A DNA stretch of 63,996 bases, filler included, from Malassezia furfur (GCA_052055015.1; 26 parts of 26 records of this genome joined end to end with filler, not necessarily neighbours in it), one strand, 5' to 3'; shown: positions 54,428 to 63,996, counted from the whole stretch's first letter. Program-made: numbers and translations. The notes: generated by a model from the letters alone, not told the origin.

Positions 54428-54444
54428 CACGTGGCTACCACGTG
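54428..54444. promoter_or_regulatory. Tandem CACGTG E-boxes upstream of PEX5
   Basis: CACGTG at 54428-54433 and 54439-54444, 11 bp apart and 34-50 bp upstream of ATG 54394. Confidence 0.45.
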
Positions 54445-54598
54445 CTATCACCACTGCGAAAAGTCGCCGAGCCGGCGCGCCTTGGTGCGGGGCGCCGGNN
54501 NNNNNNNNNNNNNNNNNNNNNNNNNNNNNNNNNNNNNNNNNNTTAATTAATTAANNNNNNNNNNNNNNNNNNNNNNNNNNNNNNNNNNNNNNNNNNNN

Positions 54599-55084
54599 CC
54601 GGCGCCGGCGCTGCGTGCGCTCGTGGACCTGCGGTGGCCCGAGGAGCCCGATCCGCTCGTGTACCTCGACCCGCTGCGGCGCACGGACCCGAAGCCGCTG
54701 CGGCTGGCGGAGCTGGAGGCGCTGGCGACGGATGCGACGCTGCGGGCGATCCTCACGCCGAGCACGCCGCTGCACCCCCATGGAGCGGTGAACGAGACGC
54801 TGCGCGAGGCGCTGCGGACGTGGGATGCGCTGCCTTCGGCGCGGCACCGCGACGCGGCGCTGGAGCTGGTGCTGGGCGTCGGCACGCAGAGCCCCGTGTA
54901 TGCGCACGAGGCGTATACCCCCCCTGCGCAGCGAGCGCGTGCGCCCGCGGGCCGGCGCGGTGTGAGCGAGGCGGAGCTGCTGCGGCTGGGCCTGCGCATC
55001 GGCCCCGACGAGGTGCGTGCGATCCAGCACATGGCGGAGCGCGTGAGTGCGGTGACGACGGATGCGGCATACGTAGCTACGTAG
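54599..55084 (+). CDS. C-terminus of an unidentified protein (partial)
   Basis: Coding-like frame ending LGLRIGPDEVRAIQHMAERVSAVTTDAAYVAT*. Confidence 0.55.
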   Translation, partial: PAPALRALVDLRWPEEPDPLVYLDPLRRTDPKPLRLAELEALATDATLRAILTPSTPLHPHGAVNETLREALRTWDALPSARHRDAALELVLGVGTQSPVYAHEAYTPPAQRARAPAGRRGVSEAELLRLGLRIGPDEVRAIQHMAERVSAVTTDAAYVAT

Positions 55085-56919
55085 CGAGTTTGCACGTGGT
55101 GCGCTGTTCGTGTGCGCGGCGCGCGGCGTCGACGAGGTGCGCGAACTCGGCGGGCCCTGCGCTCTGGCACAGCTGGTAGAAGCGCGATGCGGTGTTTTGG
55201 AGGAGCGCGTGTGGCTCGCCGATCTCGGCGACGCGCCCGTGGTCGAGGAAGAGGAGCTGGTCGTACGCGATGACGGAGCGCAGGCGGTGCGCGATGGTGA
55301 GCACCGTGCTGAAGCAGAAGGCGTCCTGGATCACCTGCGTGATGCGCACGTCGGTGTCGTAGTCGATCGACGAGCTTGCCTCGTCAAACACCACGACGTG
55401 CGAGCGGCGGAGCGTCGCGCGCGCGAGGCACAGGAGCTGGCGCTGGCCCTGGCTGAGGTTGGTGCCGCCCTCGGCGATGCGGAAGTCGAGGTCTGCGAAC
55501 GCGCTCGAGTCCGAGGTGACGAGCGTGACGCGGCGCATCGCCTCGAGGAGCTGTGCATCGTCGAACTCGCCAAACACGTCGAGCGCGGAGCGCAGCGTGC
55601 CCGAGAGGATCACGGGGTCCTGCGGCACGATCTGCAGGCGCGAGCGGAGGTCGGTGAGCCCGAGCTGCGCGAGGTCCACGCCGTCGATCTGCATCGTGCC
55701 CGCGTGCGGCTCGACGAAGCGGAGCAGTGCGCTCGCGAGCGTCGACTTGCCGCTGCCCGTCGGCCCGACGACGGCGAGCTTGGCGCCCGGCGCGATGGCG
55801 AACGACACGCCGTGGAGCACATCGGGCAGATCGGGCGCGTAGCGCACGCACAGGTCGCGCACGACGACGTGGCCGTCGGCGGGCCAGTGCGGCGGCGGGC
55901 GCACGGCGGTGGTCTCGGGTGCCTCCTGGTCGATGGTGTCGGCGTACTCGAAGACGCGCTCGACGGCGACGCCGCTGGTCTGGAAGACGGTGTACATGCG
56001 CATGAGGATGAGCAGGATGAAGTTGAGCTCGATCAGGAAGGTGATGGAGAAGTCGGCGAGCGACGCGTCGAGGTTGCGCTGCAGCAGGATCGACACGCAC
56101 GCGCCGAGCACCAGGAACGCCGAGACGAGGTTGAACATCTGGCTGATCCAGCGCCCGCCCTGCGCCGCCCACCACACGAAGCGGTTGTTGTTGTCGAGCA
56201 CGGCGTGCATCTCGTGCGTGAAGCGCTGCTGTGCGCCGTACGCGCGCAGCGTCACGACGCCGTGCACCGCGTTGCCGAACGCGCTCACGACGCGGCTGCG
56301 CGACGTCGAGGTGAGGCGCTGCAGGTCGCGCGCCGTGGCGATGTAGCGCTGCGAGAGCGTCGTGTAGAGCGGCGTGAGCGCCAAGAGCGCCGCGACAAAC
56401 TGCCAGCCGCTCACGACGTACAGCGCGATGCACGTCGCGAGCAGCTGCGTCGCCTTGATCGTCACGTCGGCGATCGCGCGCGCAAACTTGCTGTCGAGCA
56501 CCTCGAGGTCCTGGCCGAAGCGGTTCAGCAGGCCGCCGCGCGTCGCGAGGTCGTGGAAGCGCAGCGGCGCGCGCAGCGTGCGCCACAGCATGCGGTCGAA
56601 CAGGCGGTTCGACGCGTGGAGCGACATGGCGTACAGCCCGACCCAGCGCAGCACGCCGAACAGCATGCCGGCGCACACCAGCGCGACGTACCACGCGAGC
56701 CACCACGCGCTCGCGTGCACCGAGTGCCCGAGCGTCGCGCTCCACTCGCGCAGCCACGCGTTCGTGACAAGCTCCCACAGGTTGCTCGCGGCGAACAGCG
56801 CGAGCGTCACGAGGCACAGCGGCCACCCGCTGCTCGCCTCGATGTAGGCGCGCCACACGCGCCACGCAATGTGCCCGCGCTCGCGGCGCTCGGGCGCACG
56901 GGCCACGTGCGCGGGCGGC
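55077..56919 (-). CDS. ABCC/MRP-type ABC transporter, TMD2 + NBD2 (5' partial)
   Basis: LRAPLRFHD...LLNRFGQD, VAVERV, Walker A GPTGSGKST, signature LSQGQRQLLCLARA, Walker B VVVFDEASSSID, TIAHRL. Confidence 0.95.
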
Positions 56920-57168
56920 NNNNNNNNNNNNNNNNNNNNNNNNNNNNNNNNNNNNNNNNNNNNTTAATTAATTAANNNNNNNNNNNNNNNNNNNNNNNNN
57001 NNNNNNNNNNNNNNNNNNNTGCGCTGACGTCGGCGGGCCTGGGCGACGTCGGGGCGCGTGCGGCGGCGCCCGACGACACGCAGCGGCGCGGCCCCATCAG
57101 TCTGCATGCGGCGGCAGTGAACAAGGCGGCGGCGCGTACGGCGGTGGCTACGGGGCGGGTGGGGGACG

Positions 57169-58634
57169 TCAAAAGTCGAGCGAGTGCTTCGTCGTGGCTG
57201 GGTCAGTAGGGCGCACGTACCGCGTTTCGCGTCGCGCACCTCGCGCAGGAGCTTGGCGGTGGCGCGGTCGAACTGCTCGACGAACGGGCGCAGGCTCGTC
57301 TTTTCCCACTCGCCCTTGGCGTGCGGCGCGGCGGGCGACGACGCGGCGTGCTGCGCCTTGTGCCGGTTGAGCTCGCGGAGGAGCTGCGCGACGGTGGGCG
57401 CGCCGCTGTGCGGGTCAAAGTGCTGGATCTGCTCGACCTCCAGCGGCACACACACGCGCCCCGTCGAGGGGTGCACCACGAACGGCGACTTGAGCAAGTG
57501 GTTCTGGCGCTTGGACACCTCGGCGTCGATGCGGGGGTAGGTATACTGCAGCACGATGTCCTCGATCGCCGCGACCCACGCAGGGCGCACGCGCTCGGCG
57601 CTCTTGCTCGCCGTCTCGAGCACGTCGTCCCACTTGCGCACGCTCGAGCGCGGCGCGGCGGCCCACTTGGCCTCGAGGCGCGCGACCGCCTCGCTGTCGT
57701 TTGCCGGGAGCAGCGCGAGCAGCGTCTCCCACCGCGCGCGCTCGCGAAACACGTCCTGGTCGGTGAGGATCACGTCGAAGAACGCGCGCTGCAGGGGGCC
57801 GCGCGCGGCGGACGCCGTGCCCTGGGAGCCCGAGTTGGCCACGACCTCGGCGCCGAGCGCGCGGCGGAGGCTCGGGTGCAGCACGCGTGGCGCGCCGGGC
57901 GCCGCGTTGCCGAGCGCGACCTTTTTCGTCTGGTTTGCGCTGCCGCGGATCACCTCGGTCCAGCCGACGAGCGCCTTGCGTGCCTCGTCGGGGAGCGCGC
58001 GTGCCTCGGGGTCGGACACCCAGCAGTGGATACCGCGGCGCCCCGAGTACACCCAGACGATGTGGCGGAAGCCGAAGTCTTCGCGGAGCACGCTGTCGAG
58101 CACCTCGACGGCGACCGCGATCAGTTTCCAGCACCGCGCGCAGATCTGCTTGTCGGAGCAGCACGTGCGGATCTCGTCGTAGTCGGTCATGTCGATATCG
58201 AACACGAGCTCGCGCTCCACGGGCCGGAAGCTCGCCTTCTGCATCGTCTTGCGGTCCTTGGGCTTGGCGCTGTACACCGGCCCGATCTCGAAACGCGACG
58301 GGTTCAGGCGGCACACCTCGCGCTTCCACTCGTCCCAGCTCGAGAAGCTCTGGTAGCGCAGGTACGCGTCGTTCTGCAGCGTGAACGCAAACTCGCGGTG
58401 CGTGAAGCTGCGCGTCAACGCCACGTCCTGGTTCAGCCAGGTGAAGAGCGAGCGGAAGGGCAGCAGCCGGCGGTAGTAGGCGAGGAGCGCCATCGGGTCG
58501 ACGGACTCGTCGCGCTCGAGCGCATGCTCGTCGACCATCGCCAGCACATCGTCCAAGCTCGTGTCGGTGTACAGCGGCGCGGCGGGCGCCGGCGCCCCCG
58601 CACTCGTCGCACGCACCGGGTCGTGGGCGGCCAT
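57169..58634 (-). CDS. PRI1: DNA primase small subunit; intron 57198-57220
   Basis: REFAFTL, ERELVFDIDMTDYDEIRTCC, WVYSGRRGIHCWVSD, YPRIDAEVSKRQNHLLKSPFVVHPSTGRVCVP. Splicing gives the end KRATTKHSLDF*. Confidence 0.97.
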
Positions 58635-58692
58635 GGCGTGTCCGAAAGCCGCGCGCGCGCGCGTCGCGCGTGTCTTGGTCAGCCTCCACACC

Positions 58693-59330
58693 ATGGTCCG
58701 GTGGGCGAGCGGACGGACCAAGGTGCAGCTGAAGCTCGCGGTGCAGCGCGCGCACATGCTGCAGGCGAAGCGCGAGTCGCTTGCGAAGAAGGCGCGGCGC
58801 GATATCGCGGACCTCGTGGTGCGCGGCAAGGTCGAGACCGCGCGCGTCAAGACCGAGTCGCTCATTATGGACGACGTGCACATCGAGCTGCTCGAGCTGC
58901 TCGAGCTGTACTGCGAGACGCTCTACGCGCGCTTTGCGCTGCTCGAGATGCCGGGGTACGTATGCCGCACTCACACAGCACGGAGCCGCCCGAGGCGATC
59001 CGCGAGCCGCTGCTCGCGATCCTGCATGCGGCGCACCGCACCGAGCTGGCCGAGCTGCACACGCTGCAAGAGATGCTCGCGGCGCGGTACGGCCCCGAGC
59101 TCGCCAAGGACGCGCTCGAGAACGTGGACGGGTGCGTGTCGCCGCGCGTCACGCGCAAGCTGGCGTTCCACATGCCGCCGCCGGAGCTGGTGGATGCGTA
59201 CATGGACGAGAGTACGTCGAGAGGCTCACGCAGTTTGCAAGGCGTACGATGTGCCGCTCCCCGGCGCACACGAAGATGCGGGCGCGGCGGACACGGCGGG
59301 CGCGAGCGGCGAGGCCGCGGGCGACGCGGC
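58693..59330 (+). CDS. IST1: ESCRT-III associated Ist1 (3' partial); introns 58956-58978, 59212-59233
   Basis: TKVQLKLAVQR...RRDIADLV..GKVETARVKTESLI.DDVHIELLELLELYCE...LVDAYMDEICKAYDV. Confidence 0.93.
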
Positions 59331-59430
59331 NNNNNNNNNNNNNNNNNNNNNNNNNNNNNNNNNNNNNNNNNNNNTTAATTAATTAANNNNNNNNNNNNNN
59401 NNNNNNNNNNNNNNNNNNNNNNNNNNNNNN

Positions 59431-60722
59431 GCCGCGGCGGGCCGCGTGTGTCGCCGCCGCCCCCGGGCACGCGGCGCCTGGGCGAGCGCGTACGTGTGCG
59501 CACGCTGTGGGACATCTGCCCCAAGGGCTTTGAAGAGACCGACCCGATCTCGGCCAAGGCGACGGGCTACTTTGGCGCGCCGGTGAACACGAGCGTCGTG
59601 GCGATCATGGCCGAGGGCATGGACGACCCGGCGCCGCCGGCGGTGTTGGCCTCCTCGCGGCTCGACCCGCTCGCGGCGCAGGCCGTGTACAACGCCAAGC
59701 GCCACCAAAAGCTGCGCCGGCTGTACGTCGGTAACGTGTCGCCCGACATGTCGGCGACGTCGCTGCGCGCATTTGTGAACCACACGATGAACGAAAAGAA
59801 GCTCACCGCGAGCCTCGGCAAGGAGCCGTGCATGCGCGTGGACCTGGTGCCCGGCGAGTCGCGCGCCGTGCTCGAGTTCCGGCACCCGGACGACGCGACG
59901 AACGCCATGTTCCTCGACGGGCAAGAGTACCAGCGGCGTGCGCTGAGTTTTGCGCGCCCCGACGACTACAGCGGCACGGACACATCGTATGCGACGATCA
60001 AGTCGCTGCAGACCACCGTGCCGGATAGCCCGAACAAGCTGTACGTCGGCAGCATCCCGACCTTTCTCAACGCCGAGCAGGTCCAGGAGCTGCTCAAGGC
60101 GTTTGGCGAGCTGCGCCACTTTGACCTGCTCGTGGACCACAACGGCAACTCGCGCGGGATTGCGTTCTGCGAGTTCTTCGACGAGACCATGACGCAGATC
60201 GCCATCGAGGGGCTCACGGGCCTCGTGGTCGGCGAGCAGCGCCTCGTGTGCAAGCGCGCCGTGCCGGAGAAGGACGAGCGCGAAGAGGTGCAGGAGACGT
60301 CGGACACGCCGACGCGCGCCATGACCATGCTCAACATGGTCACCCCCGAGGAGCTCGAGGACGACCAAGAGTACCAGGACATTCTGGAGGACGTGCGGGA
60401 GGAGTGCACCAAGTACGGCACGATCACCGACATCCGCATCCCGCGGCCGGCCGCGACGCTGCAGAGCGACGCGTCGCGCTCGTGGCAGCGGCGCGCGGAC
60501 AACAACCCGGACGCGCCGCTCGGCAAGGAGCGCGTGGGCGTCGGCCGTGTGTATGTGCAGTTCGCCACCGAGGCGCAGTGCACCGCGGCGCTGCAGGCGA
60601 TTGCGGGCCGCCAGTTTGACGGGCGCATGGTGATCTGTGCGTACATCAAGGACGAGGCGTGGCCCTCGGACGAGGACGGCCCGAGCGCGGCGTCGCAGGC
60701 CGTTGACCGTAGGGAGGGGTAG
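59431..60722 (+). CDS. U2AF2: Splicing factor U2AF large subunit (U2AF65/U2AF2), 5' partial
   Basis: ULM RTLWDICPKGFE, RRM1 RRLYVGNV, RRM2 VPDSPNKLYVGSIPTFLNAEQVQELLKAFGEL, UHM MLNMVTPEEL...EECTKYG...IAGRQFDGR. Confidence 0.92.
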
Positions 60723-60815
60723 GCCCATGTACAAATCTGCATACGCGCTATCCACACACATACATACACAGCCGCCGGCGCCGGCGCCGCCCACGCGACG
60801 CAGCGCGCGCGTGCC

Positions 60816-61738
60816 TTACCGCTCCCGGTTGCGGAAGTGGAGGAGCTTGGGCAGCTCCGTGATCGGGCACGCCTTGCGCAGAAACTCGTGCTGGAGCAGC
60901 TCGTCGGCGGTCGCGCGGCTCTTGACGTCCGCGCAGAGGCACACCGCAAGGAATCCCTTGAGCTCGCGCGAGAGCAGCTCGGGCTTCTTGAGCGTGGGCG
61001 TGCCGTTGGTCGCGATCATGTAGAGCGCCTTGAGCGGCTCCTCGTCGAGGTACGGCGGCTCGTTCTCGATCATCTCGATCGCCATGATGCCGAGCGACCA
61101 GATGTCGACCTTGGCGCCGTACTCCTTCTGCTTCACGACCTCGGGCGCCATCCAGTAGGGCGTGCCGACCATCGTCGCGCGCTTGCTCTTTTGGTCGGTG
61201 AGCTTCGCACAGAAGCCGAAATCGGTGATCTTGACCTGGCCGAGGTTGTTGAGCAGGATGTTGTCGCTCTTGATGTCGCGGTGGATGATGTTCTGGTTGT
61301 GCAGGTGCTCCAGACCCTTGCACGTCTCGAGCGAGATCGCGGCGATCTGCGACTCCTCCAGCGTGTTGTTGTCGATCACGTCCGTCAGCGCACCGCCCTC
61401 CATAAACTCCATCACCACCCACAGATCCGTGTCGCGCACCAGGAACGCGTCCAGGAAGTTGACAATGTTGGGGTGCTGCGACTCCTTCATCACCAGGATC
61501 TCGTTGATAATGAGCTCCTTGCGCGGCTGGTGCGCCAGATCCATCGCCTTGATCGCCACTCGCTGCCCGGTCGCGAGCGCCTTGGCCACATACACGCTCC
61601 CGGACGCACCCTGCCCAATCTTTTTCACCTTGCTGTACAATAGGTTGGGGTCGTCGCGGCTCACCACACTGCGCAGCATCTCCATGATCTGCGCCTCATT
61701 CAGCGTGCTGATCCGCCGGTCGCCCCGGCGCGCCGGCG
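60816..61738 (-). CDS. CLA4: PAK kinase Cla4, kinase domain (5' partial)
   Basis: [79 protein letters not shown]. Confidence 0.92.
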
Positions 61739-61838
61739 NNNNNNNNNNNNNNNNNNNNNNNNNNNNNNNNNNNNNNNNNNNNTTAATTAATTAANNNNNN
61801 NNNNNNNNNNNNNNNNNNNNNNNNNNNNNNNNNNNNNN

Positions 61839-62373
61839 AGGTGCCGCCGCGCCCGGCGGCGTGCCCGCAAGCGTCGGGCGCCGGCGCACAACGCAGCACG
61901 CCCCGTGGCTCGTGCGTGCGTCCGAGTACTTTGCCGCGTTCCAGCACGCGAGCGGCCACGCGGCGCGCCCGCTCGACCTCGCCCCAAGTGTGCCGAGTAC
62001 GCCACGTGGCGTGGTGCGCGGCGTCCTGCGGGGGCTCGACGACACGGCGACGCCCACGCGCACGCACGCGGGCGGCCACGCGCTGCGCGACCGCTCCGTG
62101 CTGCGCTCGCGCAGCCAGGCGAACCTGTACGCGGATGCGACCCCCGCGCGTACACGCGCGCGGCCACCCGTGCCTGTGCGCGACGAAGTGCCGCACACCC
62201 CGACGCCGGCGACGGCCGCCGCGCCGCACGACGCGGCGACGCCCACGCCCGGTGCTACCGCTGCCGCGCCCACGCCGACGCCCAAGCGCCACGCGGATCC
62301 TGCCAACTGGGTCCCAGGGGCGCTCCCCGTAGATAGTGTGCCAAGCACCCCGGTCAAGCCGGGGGGTGTGTAA
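61839..62373 (+). CDS. Low-complexity T/P-rich C-terminus of an unidentified protein (partial)
   Basis: Open frame ending ANWVPGALPVDSVPSTPVKPGGV*, 12 bp from the RIO1 stop. Confidence 0.45.
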
Positions 62374-62385
62374 TGGGAAAATGGG

Positions 62386-63996
62386 CTACTTTTTCCGTGC
62401 GTTGGCCTTCTTCATCTTCTTCTTCTTCTCGGCCTTGGGCATCTTGTGCTTCCGCCGCTCGCGGTTCGCGGCCTTGACCTGCTTCTTGTGCTCCTTGCGC
62501 TCGTCGCGCTCGCGCTGCCGCCTCTCATCGTCTGCAGCGTCGTCGTCGGCCCGTGCCGACCCGGCGTCCGAATCCGCCTCCGAGCCCGCGTCCGAGTCCG
62601 TGTCCGTGTCCGTGTCCGAGCCGCTTGCGTCCATGTGGCTCGTCTCCGGTGCAGCTGCCTCCCCGTTGGATGCCGCAGCGGTGCGCTGCGCGGCCGCCTG
62701 CTCGACCTGGTCGAGGCCCGTGACCTGCGCATAGATCAGTTCCTGCGCCTCACCGGCCTGTGCCTTGGCCGCATCGCGCTCGGGGTCGTACAGCTCGTCC
62801 AGGTTGCGGGGGAGGTACGACTGGCGGAACACGGCTTCCTCGTGCTCCTGCTCGGGCGCGTTCTCCATCTGCTCCATCATCTGCTCAAGCTCAGCGACAA
62901 GCGACGCCTCGGTCTCGACCGCACCGTCGTCCCCGATCGCGTCCTTCGGCGCGAGGGTCGCGGCTGCTTCCTCGTCCTCGTACAGTTTCTCGAGACCCGC
63001 AACACCGCCTTTCCGCGCACGCCCTGCGTCGCGCACAACAAAGTGGAACGTAGTGCGCAGCCCCAGCGTCGCGACGCCATGCCGCCCAAAGTAGTCCTCA
63101 ATGTGCGAAATGTCCTCACGCAGAAAGTCGAACGCATGGGGGTGGTCATGCTCGACAGACTGCGACACGTCAATGATCCAGAGGTGGCCCTCGTGGAACA
63201 GGATGTTGTACTCGCTCAGATCCGCATGCACCAGGCGGCACCGGTGGTACATGAGACGCACCGCCGCGACCAGCTCGCGGTATAGCCGCGCCCAGTCCTG
63301 CGCAGGGATCGCCGACTCGGCGTCCTTGAGCCGTGGACTCGGCCAGCCATCGGCATCGCCCAGAAACTGCATCACCAGCACATGGTCACGCAGCTCGATC
63401 GGCTGTGGCGCACGCAGCTCGGCGTGCACGAGGCGCTTGAGGTTGCGCATCTCCTTCTCGGCCCACAGCCGCACCATCTTGCGGGGGTTGTGCCGGCTGT
63501 ACCCATGCCGGAAACGGAACTCGCCCGAGACATAGCGGTCGCGGTCCTTGAATACGAGGATGCTCGTCTTGTAGATTTTCACGGCCGCACTGCCGGAGGC
63601 GCCGTCTGCCTCGGTGGGCGGCATGGTCGCGTGGTATACGTTGGCCTCCTTGCCGGTGCTTACACAACCATTCACCTGTTCAAGCAGCTCGCGCTTGATC
63701 ATCTTGTACAGGATGAGCAGTGTGCGGGGGTCCAGCACCTGCTGCAGCGTCGCGCGGTCCGCCTTGTCTTTCCGCCGGTTCTCGTCTGTGCGGTTCGTCT
63801 TGCGGGGGACGCGCGCATCGACGCTGCCGCCCGCGACGAACGACGGGTCGTATTGGTTGTCAATATGAATGCGCGACGCATATTGGGCCAGCGCAGAGAT
63901 CTGCGCGGCCGTCTTGCTCGCATGTGCGCCGGTGTCGTCGGCTGGCAACCCATCCACGGCGTCGGCCGCACTGGCTTCGGCGGCGGCCGCCGCCGA
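62386..63996 (-). CDS. RIO1: Atypical kinase Rio1 (5' end beyond the window)
   Basis: DKADRAT..QVLDPRT, GCVSTGKEANVYHA, KIYKTSILVFKDRDRYVSGEFRF, LVHADLSEYN, IIDVSQSVEHDHP. Confidence 0.97.
   Translation of the reverse strand, partial: SAAAAAEASAADAVDGLPADDTGAHASKTAAQISALAQYASRIHIDNQYDPSFVAGGSVDARVPRKTNRTDENRRKDKADRATLQQVLDPRTLLILYKMIKRELLEQVNGCVSTGKEANVYHATMPPTEADGASGSAAVKIYKTSILVFKDRDRYVSGEFRFRHGYSRHNPRKMVRLWAEKEMRNLKRLVHAELRAPQPIELRDHVLVMQFLGDADGWPSPRLKDAESAIPAQDWARLYRELVAAVRLMYHRCRLVHADLSEYNILFHEGHLWIIDVSQSVEHDHPHAFDFLREDISHIEDYFGRHGVATLGLRTTFHFVVRDAGRARKGGVAGLEKLYEDEEAAATLAPKDAIGDDGAVETEASLVAELEQMMEQMENAPEQEHEEAVFRQSYLPRNLDELYDPERDAAKAQAGEAQELIYAQVTGLDQVEQAAAQRTAAASNGEAAAPETSHMDASGSDTDTDTDSDAGSEADSDAGSARADDDAADDERRQRERDERKEHKKQVKAANRERRKHKMPKAEKKKKMKKANARKK

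Noticed and set aside
57169..58634. Primase as a viral or mobile-element replication gene
   Set aside because: Canonical eukaryotic Pri1 with a host-style intron, divergent from IST1.
2481..61794. TTAATTAATTAA recurring about every 2.4-2.5 kb, resembling a periodic repeat or array
   Set aside because: Always centred in an identical 100-nt N block between length-sorted contigs. It is an artificial linker, not CRISPR or a biological repeat.

Overview
This is not one locus. It is 26 short contigs (2436 bp down to ~2300 bp, sorted by decreasing length, the last cut by the window edge) joined by 25 artificial 100-nt spacers (44 N + TTAATTAATTAA + 44 N). Adjacency therefore means something only within a contig. 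The DNA is very GC-rich (about 70% by eye) and eukaryotic. It encodes fungal housekeeping genes with basidiomycete-like sequences: IML2, USO1, SLD3-like, SEA3/WDR59, AOS1, a DHHC palmitoyltransferase, RAD50, UBP6, NOC2, HMG1, TRS120, an EVE protein, SYM1, two F-box paralogs, VPS41, VPS54, a rhodanese-PTP, a group II decarboxylase, BolA, NTA1, TUL1, PAN5, CARM1, KRE33, PRP22, an Ams2-like GATA factor, KOG1, OST4, RRP17, TFB3, an HSL-family hydrolase, PEX5, an ABCC transporter, PRI1, IST1, U2AF65, CLA4 and RIO1. The compact, intron-poor, high-GC layout best fits a Malassezia-like yeast (inference). The strongest signal is a minimal splicing system. I reconstructed 35 GT-AG introns by hand, all 21-32 nt (median 23). 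None is shorter than 21 nt, the branch A is never earlier than intron position 16, and there is no polypyrimidine tract. In the same window, U2AF65 has lost RNP1 aromatic residues that stack on Py-tract bases. Other signals are 41-142 bp divergent promoters, overlapping convergent stop codons, candidate promoter and 3'-end motifs, and three probable chimeric or fold-back assembly artefacts. I found no rRNA, tRNA, CRISPR or transposon. Most long ORFs in the supplied track are GC-rich shadow frames.
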